This document shows positions 19,101 through 27,151 of a DNA stretch of 55,795 nt, piece by piece. This DNA comes from a virus. Lineage: Duplodnaviria; Caudoviricetes. Location of the stretch: IMG/VR virus record IMGVR_UViG_3300007640_000041, positions 1 to 55,795 of that record; one strand, 5' to 3'. Every line of letters begins with the position of its first letter. The stretch's first letter is position 1. The translations under genes and the position numbers were made by a program. Below the pieces are notes generated by a model. The model saw nothing but the letters and a program-made list of their open reading frames with translations. It was not told where the DNA came from and ran no database searches.

Positions 19101-20082
19101 TTCTGGTACGGTTACTTGGGCAACGGTTTCTGGTGGCGGAACTGATACAAACCTTGGTTCAAACGATCTAACTAGTACCGCTACAACAAGAAAATTCACC
19201 TTATACTCTGACAACTCAACGCTAGGGATTTTTAGAAGCGGTGGAACAAATCCAATAGCGTATTTCACGCAAGGAGGCGCCTCTGGAGCTAACGCTGTTT
19301 CTGTTTACGGAGAATTAAACGTTTACGAAGATACCTCTGGAAACGCAGAGCTTAGACTTAGAGATTCTTCTAATAACTACGCAGCTATTCAGGCTAGCGC
19401 CTCTACTACTTCGTATACTATAACCTTGCCGTCTTCTGGACCAGGAGCTGGCAGCAAGATTCTTGAGTCTGACGCAAGCGGAAATCTGTCTTGGATAAAC
19501 ACTCCTACTGGCGGAGGCGTAAACGTCTCTGGAACTCCAGTAAACAATCAGCTTGCTGTATGGACGAACTCAACTGATATAGAGGGTGATGGAAACCTTA
19601 CTTGGAGCGGAACGGAGTTGCTTGTGCAGGGACAGCTTAGAGCCGATGTCATTGAAATAAACGGACGGGCCAACGCTAGCTCTCAGCCAGCAGGTACGAT
19701 AGGTGCTGGAAGTAAGGTTATGACACAGGCCCATACCACTGGCACTGTTACGGCTGGCACAGTTTACGTTCTCGGTAGTTCCGCATGGACAGCTTCCGAC
19801 GCTGACGCTGGTAGTACCTCTACTGGGCTTCTTGCGGTTGCAACAGACGCGGCTTCTCCGTCAGAAATGCTGTTGGAAGGTAGCGTTACGATGTCTTCGA
19901 ACACAGGGTTTTCTGCTGCAGCCAAGGGAGACGTGCTTTACTTGAGCCTTACGACTGGAGAGCTTACGAGTGACATTAGCGGACACACTACTGGAGACTT
20001 CGTGCGAGTATGTGGGTACGTCATCGACGCATCTAAGAGTGAAGTGTTTTTCTCACCGTCAAGAGATTGGATTGAACTGTAA
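13132..20082 (+). CDS. Large modular tail fibre / receptor-binding protein (2316 aa)
   Basis: Repeated GxVGIGTxxPxxKLHV linkers, AWDxST repeat domain, NTAVG beta-roll repeats, GTSGQVLSTNGSG. Confidence 0.85.
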   Translation: MAAIEGSVTIGGFIAPSDTTDTYPSHVDIYGRGGMRSVADNTERDAITSDRRSEGMFVYVLDPAGDGTVDATLYTLSGGITNSNWIEVELGGGGYWQQVNASTSIYFVPGSGDGRVGIGTNSPSYDLHVSKDSPAGTVYIGVENTSNIGTVGAGTYYIADTQTWSNVARVGSYKIVNDTDNVTPFEIEKLAPNASIVVGQNGVGIGKTAATNVKLDVDGNIRFASDGAGANYLEFVRNSSNNWKLGSSGVGEIFSQVGNASNWKQDFTATRRYIKSAPTTEQFSNGVGYPAIWGQQTWTDAAYRHRHLFLDVTDSSGGTTGSTIIEVQKNGTVGFVVDKDFNVGIGTSSPEEKLHVTPSVLVGSKGFSTPAAGQLRVASPNASYGELGFTSQYDNFPSGIRSYGLSSNYDRDLRFYTKDTASATDGLERMRITEGGNVGIGTATPEEKLHVAGNIKLDGTINSANLTPTDRYDIRNWTYTGKRTLDNSTFNPIQLLGTPRGLFFKDDGTKMYISDDGNDAIYEYNLSIAWDIETAVQSYKLSTVTNPPSANVPYSIFFSSDGTVLFLADNDEKTVQVWDLSIAWDLSTASSNDSKKLVVTSLVTEVTNMSSLFFNPDGNIMLVYDFNTEKIYRFDLSTAWDPSTATHTSSTLNMSSAADYPGLPTLNSASPQNYFGIWVLDDGLTMYTSEYQTDTFIQWSMSTAWDITTLSIVRYTSTPRGNDILVPTQFYFADSIKKLFVLDDYSDSVFEFDTSAGVNIRSLSSDGKVFSEKGEFNGLIVNGILDVRGGTDTQGLTAQSSGINTTGGITANGSLQTGRSTGSKSAYINYYGSKADPNDTQTYRTQSYAGINIRHHNESYDQVDIGSYSNSYINIVGEVDNIGSTDITGQIRVQNKKTLRESIAPSGTIVHRDTFTESFDTDITVHTPDVGSAYTIQNTDGADATAVVSGGNGYATTSPSPNDNEGITVLCNTTLPTDYVAKWEFSSSSSLPPGDSYVFTILLNYKDNDNFDILRLSRDADDTILYVRRAGVITYGHIQTEIKNIGGERGDYTTTYNTDTLNIDLWGWAGNKNPASLTLEARKVGDYLVLIYDGIIGYVAEVDWFASHKIGFGWGANSLTNSNDEAHDSWKLDSFTVQEITDRDLDSVSYIENGNFGIGTTSPTANLHSMAPDGNTFSLKLGRADNGSEWSFNHAGDDLRIYNQGGSGKDILFSVDAGGTEKGNKVGIGTATPSEKLHVSGKIKVIYGTENVLIGDAGNNITGYSNTALGSLTLRDATAANQNVAIGQQAQRYTTGNYNVTVGTQANMYTTGGNNVALGGLAAKGDASSTFTNTTAVGYRALTALTTGEGNTAVGVESLRDTTTGIRNTVVGNSAGAAVNAGYNAIYGYQAGQLFGNNNTAMGYVAGKYNSGENNVLIGAEAGEGASGSSSFSNTVAVGYQALTALTTGTGNTAVGYLALANATTNLRNTAVGYGAFDEIDGTNNVSYSTGLGYGVSSGGYDEVIVIGHNVSAGGHNSVSIGGTAGYQGVAIGDLAKNGRGISIGYGAGRLIQGSNDHNIFIGNQSGYNTNGASRNTFLGQFTGLNLSGGDNNTLIGYNAGYNIANGSSNIFLGYNAGYNETGSNKLYIANSDTTTPLIYGEFDNEIVRVNGSLNSRLTGQSYDSLQVGEVFRFKPLDGASTVPSSNAASVYISRDGSTSTDVVALNVGDKIKIKRNGGGTPTFNVGNGAFIYEQSYDGNAVTNTNPFNNGAGMGIRNTSQGSPVILALLINGTFGALNSAGSTLNIGNPNGMNNNWAQDQQVYFQNTSLFGVRNGNTSNFGNADGWVIRSQSLNTDSVSDYRHGLQLSNPPNLGVSSNGGKVYTTNGSNVLDANTLGYSIRSFVEVGDTIYVCDASTNTHFVTTNTIYKHTVTAVDLVNNTITIDSNYAGTTGTSSAYLEKNIVTVRNYNGDVMTRVKGTGEFQIGSDAAGYLLPSTDGTSGQVLSTNGSGTVTWATVSGGGTDTNLGSNDLTSTATTRKFTLYSDNSTLGIFRSGGTNPIAYFTQGGASGANAVSVYGELNVYEDTSGNAELRLRDSSNNYAAIQASASTTSYTITLPSSGPGAGSKILESDASGNLSWINTPTGGGVNVSGTPVNNQLAVWTNSTDIEGDGNLTWSGTELLVQGQLRADVIEINGRANASSQPAGTIGAGSKVMTQAHTTGTVTAGTVYVLGSSAWTASDADAGSTSTGLLAVATDAASPSEMLLEGSVTMSSNTGFSAAAKGDVLYLSLTTGELTSDISGHTTGDFVRVCGYVIDASKSEVFFSPSRDWIEL

Positions 20083-20876
20083 TGTCTATAAACAAGATAT
20101 CTGGTGTTAGTTTTGCTTCTATAGCCAAGCTATCTGGCATTTCTAAGTCTTCTATTGTAAACTTTTTAGGGATAGCGGCTGGAGGATCGTCTTCTAGCAT
20201 GTCTCTATCTGATGTGACAACAACGGTTCAAACGGTTGACTTTTCAGGAACCCAAGTTCCACCAGCTACAATTACGCTTAATTTACCCTCTACTGCCGCT
20301 AGTGGAGACCTTGTTTTTTTGTTGGTTTCTTCCGACGGCTCTTCTGGACACTCTGCCCATGAAACACCCTCTGGTTGGACCCGTCTTACGAATTGGGCTA
20401 GCTTTGATTCTGATAATGACGGGTATGTTTTTTACAGAGTCTTTGATGGCACTGAAGGTTCGTCTGTTACAATATCAAACATAAGCGGATTAAAGGGAGG
20501 GGGGGACCACCTTGGCATTTCGTTTATAGCCGATGGCGCTGACACCTCATCTCCCGTGTCTGACTATACATCCGCAGTAATAGCAAACGGAGTTAACACT
20601 ATCTCCATTACTGGCACTACGGCATCTGCAAATGGACTTGCTGTAGGGTTTTATTCCTTTGATGGCGCCGACGGCAACCCGTTTTCTGTAAGCTCTGGCT
20701 GGACTGAAGTTGTTGACGAAGATTCACCCTCCACTGGGAATTCTGCTACCGCGTTAGCTGTAGGAGTGTCTACAAAGCCAGTCACCGCTGGATCTGCAAG
20801 TGGGACGCTTGTAGTGGACGGGTCTGGAACTCTTGACGGATTTGCTGGGCTTCAGTTTATAATAAAGGAGGCGTAA
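20082..20876 (+). CDS. Tail fibre-associated protein
   Basis: 264 aa, S/G/T-rich, PSGWT motif; translationally coupled to the fibre. Confidence 0.65.
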   Translation: MSINKISGVSFASIAKLSGISKSSIVNFLGIAAGGSSSSMSLSDVTTTVQTVDFSGTQVPPATITLNLPSTAASGDLVFLLVSSDGSSGHSAHETPSGWTRLTNWASFDSDNDGYVFYRVFDGTEGSSVTISNISGLKGGGDHLGISFIADGADTSSPVSDYTSAVIANGVNTISITGTTASANGLAVGFYSFDGADGNPFSVSSGWTEVVDEDSPSTGNSATALAVGVSTKPVTAGSASGTLVVDGSGTLDGFAGLQFIIKEA

Positions 20877-20890
20877 ACTAGAATCTTTTA

Positions 20891-20899
20891 TATATTTGC
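20891..20899 (+). promoter_or_regulatory. Late promoter core TATATTTGC
   Basis: Recurrent 9-mer, intergenic. Confidence 0.75.
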
Positions 20900-20925
20900 A
20901 TCACTAATCATTCAATACTTTAAAA

Positions 20926-21192
20926 ATGGCTTACGCTTTTACTTCTAAGCAGTGGACTATCTCTGGAGAACACAACTTCGGTGACTTCACGTTGCTCAAC
21001 CCTATCTTCTCTGCAAAGAGCTTGCAGGTGGTTGAGAATAACGTTTACTTGACGCTCGAAGTTATTGAGAATGGTGGTGTCTTTAAGCACCACGCTCATG
21101 TCAACTACGCGGCCCCGTCTGAAACCGACGTTAACCTGTTGGTTGACGCTGTCGTTGCGGCTGCCTTCCCAACGGCTACGGTCGTAGAGTAA
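20926..21192 (+). CDS. Hypothetical protein (stand-alone transcription unit)
   Basis: 88 aa between its own promoter and terminator. Confidence 0.75.
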   Translation: MAYAFTSKQWTISGEHNFGDFTLLNPIFSAKSLQVVENNVYLTLEVIENGGVFKHHAHVNYAAPSETDVNLLVDAVVAAAFPTATVVE

Positions 21193-21213
21193 CTATAGTT
21201 CTCTGCAAGAGAT

Positions 21214-21240
21214 AGGGGCCAAGCGCCCCTTTCTTTGTTT
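21214..21240 (+). terminator. Intrinsic terminator
   Basis: AGGGGC-CAAGC-GCCCCT then TTCTTTGTTT. Confidence 0.7.
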
Positions 21241-21243
21241 TAC

Positions 21244-21252
21244 TATATTTGC
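21244..21252 (+). promoter_or_regulatory. Late promoter core TATATTTGC
   Basis: Core G is 5 nt before ATG 21257. Confidence 0.75.
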
Positions 21253-21256
21253 TCTT

Positions 21257-21583
21257 ATGAGCAAAGATTCAATAAGAGAGCGTATTAAGCGACTGCTCAA
21301 GAAGCACTCGCTTGCTGGCGTAAATAAGCCAAAGAAAACTCCCTCTCATCCAACGAAGTCTCATATCGTCCTTGCAAAAGAGGGTGATAGAGTGAAACTC
21401 ATTCGGTTTGGACAGCAGGGAGTGAGAACCAATCAGACCGCTGGACAGAGAGAGGCATTTAAAAGCCGTCACCAGAAGAACATTAGCAAAGGAAAGATGA
21501 GCGCAGCATACTGGGCCAACAAAGTCAAGTGGAGTCCCAGCAAGACCGCCTCTCCTAGCAAGAAATGGAAGAAGGGGTCATGA
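21257..21583 (+). CDS. Basic conserved phage protein
   Basis: HPTKSHIVLAK..IRFGQQG..FKSRH..SAAYWANKVKW. Confidence 0.8.
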   Translation: MSKDSIRERIKRLLKKHSLAGVNKPKKTPSHPTKSHIVLAKEGDRVKLIRFGQQGVRTNQTAGQREAFKSRHQKNISKGKMSAAYWANKVKWSPSKTASPSKKWKKGS

Positions 21584-21747
21584 AGGTGCTAAAGTCAAAA
21601 GTGTCGGTAGATCCGCCAAAGGGGTATCATTGGATGATGGAGGGCGGTAGGTACTACCTCATGAAAGGTGATTACAAGCCTCACACTGGGGCCGTAGCTA
21701 AGGCTCAGTTTAAACTTGTGACTCATGGCAAAGACGTCAGCAAGTAA
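21580..21747 (+). CDS. Small hypothetical protein (PKGYHWM motif)
   Basis: ATGA overlap with upstream gene. Confidence 0.65.
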   Translation: MKVLKSKVSVDPPKGYHWMMEGGRYYLMKGDYKPHTGAVAKAQFKLVTHGKDVSK

Positions 21748-22120
21748 GACAAAGCCATCTCTTTGGAAACGCATTGTTGCCAGAATAAAGGCAGGGACAA
21801 AAGGAGGAAAGGCTGGTCAGTGGTCGGCTCGCAAGGCCCAACTTGCAACACAGCAATATAAAAAGGCTGGCGGCGGATACAGAGGCAAAAAGTCCAGTAG
21901 CAATAGCTTGTCTAAGTGGACAAAGCAGAAGTGGCGCACGTCTGATGGAAAGCCATCTAAAGGCAAGAAACGCTACCTCCCAGAAAAAGCATGGAAAGCG
22001 CTGTCCAAGGCAGAAAAGGCCGCGACAAATAGAGCCAAAGCCAAGGGCAATAAGAAGGGGAAGCAGTTCGTGGCTCAGCCAAAGAAGATTGCCAAAAAGA
22101 CCGCAACGTACAGAAAGTAA
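21725..22120 (+). CDS. Very basic protein, DUF5872-like
   Basis: GQWSARKAQL..YKKAGGGY..L.KWTKQKW..RYLPEKAW. Confidence 0.75.
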   Translation: MAKTSASKTKPSLWKRIVARIKAGTKGGKAGQWSARKAQLATQQYKKAGGGYRGKKSSSNSLSKWTKQKWRTSDGKPSKGKKRYLPEKAWKALSKAEKAATNRAKAKGNKKGKQFVAQPKKIAKKTATYRK

Positions 22121-22128
22121 ATTAGTTA

Positions 22129-22137
22129 TATATTTGC
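22129..22137 (+). promoter_or_regulatory. Late promoter core TATATTTGC
   Basis: Ahead of scaffold/MCP operon. Confidence 0.75.
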
Positions 22138-22152
22138 ATAAAATTTATTACA

Positions 22153-23208
22153 ATGGAAAACGAATTCACACCTAAGTTTGTAGACTCTCCTGAGGAGTTG
22201 AGCATCAATCAAGTAGATCAGCAAGAGCAACAGTTCGACGCCTCTACAGAGCCAGCACCGCAGGAACTGACTCCAACTCAAAGCGAAGCGCCAGCTTCAA
22301 GCGAGCCTGAAGTTGTTTTTTCTGCAAACGAAAGTTCTTTGCAAGACGAAACTCAAGTTCTCGAAAGAGAAGTGCTCTCATACCTTAGCGAAAGGCTTGG
22401 ACGAGAGCTTAACTCTTTTGATGACTTTAATACTCCATCTTATGAGCTCCACGACGGAGTTCGAGCTATCGCGGATTTTGTAAACGAAACTGGGAGGAAT
22501 CCAGAGGATTGGTTTGCCTATCAGTCGCTTAATCCAGAGAATATGGACGATATGACGGCGGTCATGGTTAACATGTCTGCTAAGTATCCAAACCTTTCTC
22601 AAGATGAGATTCGAACGCTTGTTCAGAGCAAGTATAAGGTGGATTCAAATCGTTACGATGAGGAAGAAGTCAAACTCTCTCAGCTTCAGCTTAAGATCGA
22701 CTCCGAAGAAGCGCGAAAGGCAATTCAAGAAGTCAGAGAAAAGTACAAGTACGAGCGAGCTCAGCAATCTGCTGATGACGACTCTCCGATTTTTGACGAA
22801 GAGTGGATTCGAGACATGACCAATGAAACTATGTCTCTTGAGGCTATCGAATTTAGCCTTGGTGACGGAAACAGTTTTAAGTTCGGTATCGACCCCTCAT
22901 ACAGTAAGTCTCTGGTAAATAAAAATTCAAGCCTAGAGAATTACTTCGACCAGTATATCAACGATGATGGTGGCTGGAACTTTGACAAATTCAACGCTGA
23001 TAGAACGGTGTTGGACAACATCCAAAAAATAGTCTCTGCTGTTTACCGTAAAGGCCTTGGTGACGGACAGAGAGGGCTGTTGAACACAAGCGCAAATGTT
23101 AAAGCCTCATCTCCTGGTATCTCTAGTCGAAACAACAGTTCAGATCCAGTGGCCGATCAAATTAGAATGGCCATGGGAATGAACAACTCAATGACCTTTA
23201 AACTATAA
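22153..23208 (+). CDS. Acidic capsid assembly/scaffold-like protein
   Basis: 351 aa acidic, helical, immediately upstream of MCP. Confidence 0.65.
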   Translation: MENEFTPKFVDSPEELSINQVDQQEQQFDASTEPAPQELTPTQSEAPASSEPEVVFSANESSLQDETQVLEREVLSYLSERLGRELNSFDDFNTPSYELHDGVRAIADFVNETGRNPEDWFAYQSLNPENMDDMTAVMVNMSAKYPNLSQDEIRTLVQSKYKVDSNRYDEEEVKLSQLQLKIDSEEARKAIQEVREKYKYERAQQSADDDSPIFDEEWIRDMTNETMSLEAIEFSLGDGNSFKFGIDPSYSKSLVNKNSSLENYFDQYINDDGGWNFDKFNADRTVLDNIQKIVSAVYRKGLGDGQRGLLNTSANVKASSPGISSRNNSSDPVADQIRMAMGMNNSMTFKL

Positions 23209-23221
23209 AAACTAAGAAACT

Positions 23222-24616
23222 ATGGCTATTACTTCGCCTCCCATTTATAATACAGATGGGACAACTACTGCGAGATCGCTTTTGCTGGCGACTCCAGAAA
23301 AATACTCTTCTATCTCTGACTTCATTGACCCATCAAAGCCAGATAACAGAGACCTCCTCGTCAAGACCTACGGTGATCAAGGTATCACTGGGTTCTTGCA
23401 GTTGACGGGCGCTGTCAAGGCTGCTGGTACCTCTGACGAAGTTCAGTACTGGGAAGAAGGCAGATTGCACAACTTCCAGGAGTTTAACTCTCTCACGGCT
23501 GGCACTGCCCCAGCGGGCACTTTGGCTTGTGTAAATGATTCTGCCGCTGTTCTGCCTATTTACGTTCAGAAGAACGACGTAATTATGACCGACGACAATC
23601 AGAGACTTATCGTCACTGCGGTTAACTCCTCTACGGGTGATGTGACTGTTGCTGCTTTGGACGGAACGGTCAATGCTATTGCTGCAGGCACTGGTAACCA
23701 CAAGGCTATCATCTTGGGCAACATGTACGCTCAAGGTAGCGAGCAGCCACAAAGCTTCAATCAGCCACAAGCTATTAAGAGAACCAACCCATACATGATC
23801 GTGAAGGGTAACTTCGAGGTCAGCGGTTCTCAAGCTACGAACATCGGCTGGATTGATCTCGGTGGCGGTGAGTACAGATGGTACATCAAGGGTGAGCAGG
23901 ATACGCGCAAGCGTTTCATGGACCACAGAGAAATGATGCTTTTGTTTGGCGAGAAGACTTCTTCAGCTATTGACGTTGATGGTGATATCAACGGTTCTGA
24001 AGGCTACTTCTCTGCTATTGAAGACAGAGGTATTGTTGCTCCTTCTGCAGTATTGACCGCTGGAATTGGCCTTGGGTCTAGCACTGATGGGCTTGATGCT
24101 CTTATTTTTGAGTTGGACAAGCAAGGCGCTCCTGCCGAGTACGCTATGTACTTGAACAGAGAAACTGAGCTTGGATTCGACGACATGTTGGCTGAGGGCT
24201 TGGTTGGATCCGCTCAAACTGTTGGTCTTACGGGTCAGTTTGGTGCGTTTAACAACGACAAGGACATGGCTGTTCAGTTGGGCTTTAAGACGGCCACTCG
24301 CGGTGGATACACTTTCCACAAGCACAGCTGGAAGCTTATGAACGATCCTACGTTGGCTGGAGCTGCTGGCACCTACAAGGGCGCTATGGTTCCTTTGACG
24401 ACTGTGACTGATGCTGGCACTGGTACGAAGGCTGCTGCGTTGGAGTTGAACTACAAGGCTGTAAACGGCTACAACAGAGAGTTGGAGCACTGGGTAACTG
24501 GTGGTGGAGTCCTCGGATTCAACAACAACACCAAGGACACCGCAACGTTCAGCTACAGATCTGAAATTGCATTGGTGACTCGCGCTGCTAACCAGCACGT
24601 GTTGATCAAGGGCTAA
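23222..24616 (+). CDS. Major capsid protein
   Basis: 464 aa, strongly biased codons, followed by a terminator; VQYWEEGRL, FEVSGSQ, REMMLLFGE; position matches crAss-like MCP. Confidence 0.85.
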   Translation: MAITSPPIYNTDGTTTARSLLLATPEKYSSISDFIDPSKPDNRDLLVKTYGDQGITGFLQLTGAVKAAGTSDEVQYWEEGRLHNFQEFNSLTAGTAPAGTLACVNDSAAVLPIYVQKNDVIMTDDNQRLIVTAVNSSTGDVTVAALDGTVNAIAAGTGNHKAIILGNMYAQGSEQPQSFNQPQAIKRTNPYMIVKGNFEVSGSQATNIGWIDLGGGEYRWYIKGEQDTRKRFMDHREMMLLFGEKTSSAIDVDGDINGSEGYFSAIEDRGIVAPSAVLTAGIGLGSSTDGLDALIFELDKQGAPAEYAMYLNRETELGFDDMLAEGLVGSAQTVGLTGQFGAFNNDKDMAVQLGFKTATRGGYTFHKHSWKLMNDPTLAGAAGTYKGAMVPLTTVTDAGTGTKAAALELNYKAVNGYNRELEHWVTGGGVLGFNNNTKDTATFSYRSEIALVTRAANQHVLIKG

Positions 24617-24625
24617 TTCGTAATG

Positions 24626-24654
24626 GGGAGGGGAGAATGGCTCCTCTCCCTTTT
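24626..24654 (+). terminator. Intrinsic terminator after MCP
   Basis: GGGAGGGGAG-AATGG-CTCCTCTCCC-TTTT. Confidence 0.7.
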
Positions 24655-24685
24655 ACTTTCTTTACGGTAATTAAATTCTATTCAA

Positions 24686-25534
24686 ATGAGCACTACTACA
24701 AAGCGGACTCCAGGTCGTCCCAAAAAATCACCTGCAACACAAGCTGCTGAGTCGGTTCCTTTTTCAACTCCGACCCCAAAAGAGCCAGTACAGTCTGTAA
24801 AGTACAGAGAGCCTGCAGCTAAAAACTACGGAGCTGTTTTTGAGGCAATCAAGGGGGGCATTGTCTTTATGCTTCCTCAGTCTGGAATTACTGTTTTTGA
24901 CGAACAAAGCAACAGAGTCAGAGAAATTCGCTACTGCGAAAACATGTCTTCAATTTTCGTTGACGAACAAGGTGACCACGCTAGACGAGGAAGCATTGTT
25001 TTTAGAGACAAAAACCTGCTTGTTCCGCCAGATAAACCACAGCTTATTGATTACTTGAGAGCACACCCAGGAAACAAAGACAACGGGGGATCTAGCTTCT
25101 TTGAGCACAGGCCGTCAGAGAAAAAAGAAAAGTCTCTTAATAACGAGTTTCAAGTCGTTGACGCTGTAGCTGCTGTAAGAGACAAGAGCATCTCTGAGCT
25201 TCTTCCTGTAGCTATGATGTACGGCATTAGCACCGATCAAAAGCCATCAGACATTCGTTACGACCTTTTGGCTCACGCTAAAAAGAATCCGTCGCAGTTT
25301 ATGTCTTCTTTTGACAACCCAATGGTTAAGGCTAGAGCAATCATAAAGCAGGCTACTGATTTTCAGATACTGAACTCTAGACCTGAAGGATACTATTGGT
25401 TCGACACGAACGGACTTATCGTTGCTTGTCCAGTTGGGCAGGACCCACTAGATGTAATGACTAGGTTTTGCCTTACGGAAAGAGGGGCGCCTGTCCTTAT
25501 GGAGGTGGAAGACCGATTAGCCAAGCTGGATTAA
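24686..25534 (+). CDS. Conserved virion-module protein following MCP
   Basis: 282 aa; REIRYC...SIFVDEQ; position equivalent to crAss-like post-MCP gene. Confidence 0.7.
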   Translation: MSTTTKRTPGRPKKSPATQAAESVPFSTPTPKEPVQSVKYREPAAKNYGAVFEAIKGGIVFMLPQSGITVFDEQSNRVREIRYCENMSSIFVDEQGDHARRGSIVFRDKNLLVPPDKPQLIDYLRAHPGNKDNGGSSFFEHRPSEKKEKSLNNEFQVVDAVAAVRDKSISELLPVAMMYGISTDQKPSDIRYDLLAHAKKNPSQFMSSFDNPMVKARAIIKQATDFQILNSRPEGYYWFDTNGLIVACPVGQDPLDVMTRFCLTERGAPVLMEVEDRLAKLD

Positions 25535-25535
25535 T

Positions 25536-25566
25536 AGAGAGGCCCTTCGGGGCCTCTTTTCTTTTT
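25536..25566 (+). terminator. Intrinsic terminator with C(UUCG)G tetraloop
   Basis: AGAGGCCC-TTCG-GGGCCTCT then T-rich tract. Confidence 0.85.
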
Positions 25567-25567
25567 G

Positions 25568-25576
25568 TATATTTGC
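25568..25576 (+). promoter_or_regulatory. Late promoter core TATATTTGC
   Basis: Core G is 4 nt before ATG 25580. Confidence 0.75.
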
Positions 25577-25579
25577 TGT

Positions 25580-26320
25580 ATGGCAGATGTAAAACACGTA
25601 TACAAAACCGTAAGAGACCTCGTGAACAAGGAGGAGCGTGGGTTTATTACGCCTGCGATGTTCAACGATTTCGCTCATGCGGCTCAACTTGCTGTTTTTA
25701 ATCGTATTATAAACGATATATCTGCAGCTACAAGGGCCTCTAAGGGTGGTATGGACCCAGGCAGAAACCTCTCTATGCGAAAGGCCTTGCTTGAGGATCT
25801 TAGCAACTTTTCAGAAAAGCAGACAGTAACGCTCTCTTCTGGTGTTGGGCAGCGTCCTTCGGACATGTACAAGCTTATTTCGATCACAACTAAGGGCTTG
25901 ATGTCTGGTTTTAGACCTAGAAACAAGCAAGTAGAGGTTGTCTACGACGAAGAGAAGATCGACAGAATACTTCGCAGCACTCTTAGCGCACCTACCGACG
26001 ACTTCCCAGTGGCACTTTTGTCCGACACGATAGAGGTTTTCCCAGAAAACATTAGATCTATAGTTGTGAGGTACTACAGACTACCGAAGGGAAAGACTAC
26101 CGCTAACGGAGATGCTTCTAATGTGCCTTTCATTGAAGTGACGGATTACAGCGGAGTAGAGGTTTTTACTGCCAACTGCTCAGACTTTGAGCTTCCAGAC
26201 CATTATGCAATGGATCTAATCATAGAAATTGCGAGGATGGTTGGGGTAAACCTTAAAGAGCAGGAGGTTATGGCCTACTCTCAGCCAATTCCGCCAAACG
26301 CAATCTCACCAAAGAAGTAA
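25580..26320 (+). CDS. Head-tail ring/adaptor protein
   Basis: Start MADVKHV; NKEERGFITP..FN..A..AQ, Y.R.PK, FELP. Confidence 0.65.
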   Translation: MADVKHVYKTVRDLVNKEERGFITPAMFNDFAHAAQLAVFNRIINDISAATRASKGGMDPGRNLSMRKALLEDLSNFSEKQTVTLSSGVGQRPSDMYKLISITTKGLMSGFRPRNKQVEVVYDEEKIDRILRSTLSAPTDDFPVALLSDTIEVFPENIRSIVVRYYRLPKGKTTANGDASNVPFIEVTDYSGVEVFTANCSDFELPDHYAMDLIIEIARMVGVNLKEQEVMAYSQPIPPNAISPKK

Positions 26321-26323
26321 TAG

Positions 26324-27151
26324 ATGGCAAGGAACAGAGTAAGAATATCAGACGTCATAGACGACTTCATAATAACGCAGGGCGATGACGATTTTGTGAG
26401 TGGTGCATCTGACTCCGCTCTTCGTGCATTTGCCCTTCGTGGGCTTAGAGAGATGGGGTTTGACATGCTTAAAAGAGTGCGATCTGTTAAGAGGACGATA
26501 GACAAAACGAACAACACCGTCCCTCTTCCTGACGACTTTGTCGATGTAATTAAGATTGGGGTTGTTGGCACAGATGGTCTTGTGTATGTGTTCGCTGAGA
26601 ACAAGAACATAAACATCTCTCAGAAATACGTCTCTGAGGCTAGCATCGTGGGACCAGATGACGCTGAATACCTGGGGCAAAGAACCGACTCAAAAACTAG
26701 CACTGGAGGAGCCTCTGAGTTCATTCAAGACCCAGTGGACGATGGGTTTGACTCTTACATCTTTAGAAACTTTCTTTACGGAAACTACGAAGGAGGATTG
26801 TACGGGATCGGAGGCGGTCACCACTCTGGGGAGTACAGGATAAATTACGACCAGAACAGAATTGAGGTGGATACTTCTATTGGCACTGACGAGGTTGTCA
26901 TTGAGTACATCGCTGACGAGGCCAGATCTGAGAATCCTACCGTGCATGTATATGCAGAAGAGGCCTTGCGCCAATACATCTACTACAAGCTTGTAGAGAG
27001 AAAGGCTTCTGTCCCTGCTCAGGAAAAGGCTAGAGCAAGAGCCGAATATTTTAACGAGTTGAGAAGGGCTAATTCTAGACTCTCTAACTTCACTAAACAG
27101 GAGGCTCTGAACGTTATTAGAAGAAACTTCAGACAGACTCCTAAGTTATGA
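26324..27151 (+). CDS. Tail tubular/ring protein
   Basis: 275 aa; VPLPDDFV, VIEYIAD, EEAL..YI. Confidence 0.65.
   Translation: MARNRVRISDVIDDFIITQGDDDFVSGASDSALRAFALRGLREMGFDMLKRVRSVKRTIDKTNNTVPLPDDFVDVIKIGVVGTDGLVYVFAENKNINISQKYVSEASIVGPDDAEYLGQRTDSKTSTGGASEFIQDPVDDGFDSYIFRNFLYGNYEGGLYGIGGGHHSGEYRINYDQNRIEVDTSIGTDEVVIEYIADEARSENPTVHVYAEEALRQYIYYKLVERKASVPAQEKARARAEYFNELRRANSRLSNFTKQEALNVIRRNFRQTPKL

Noticed and set aside
13132-20082. Possible DGR target, invertible shufflon or CRISPR-like array
   Set aside because: No reverse transcriptase, recombinase or adenine-specific TR/VR pair seen; repeats are direct, in-frame and irregularly spaced
23333-24598. Two long antisense ORFs over the MCP
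   Set aside because: Shadow ORFs expected from strong codon bias; no independent signals
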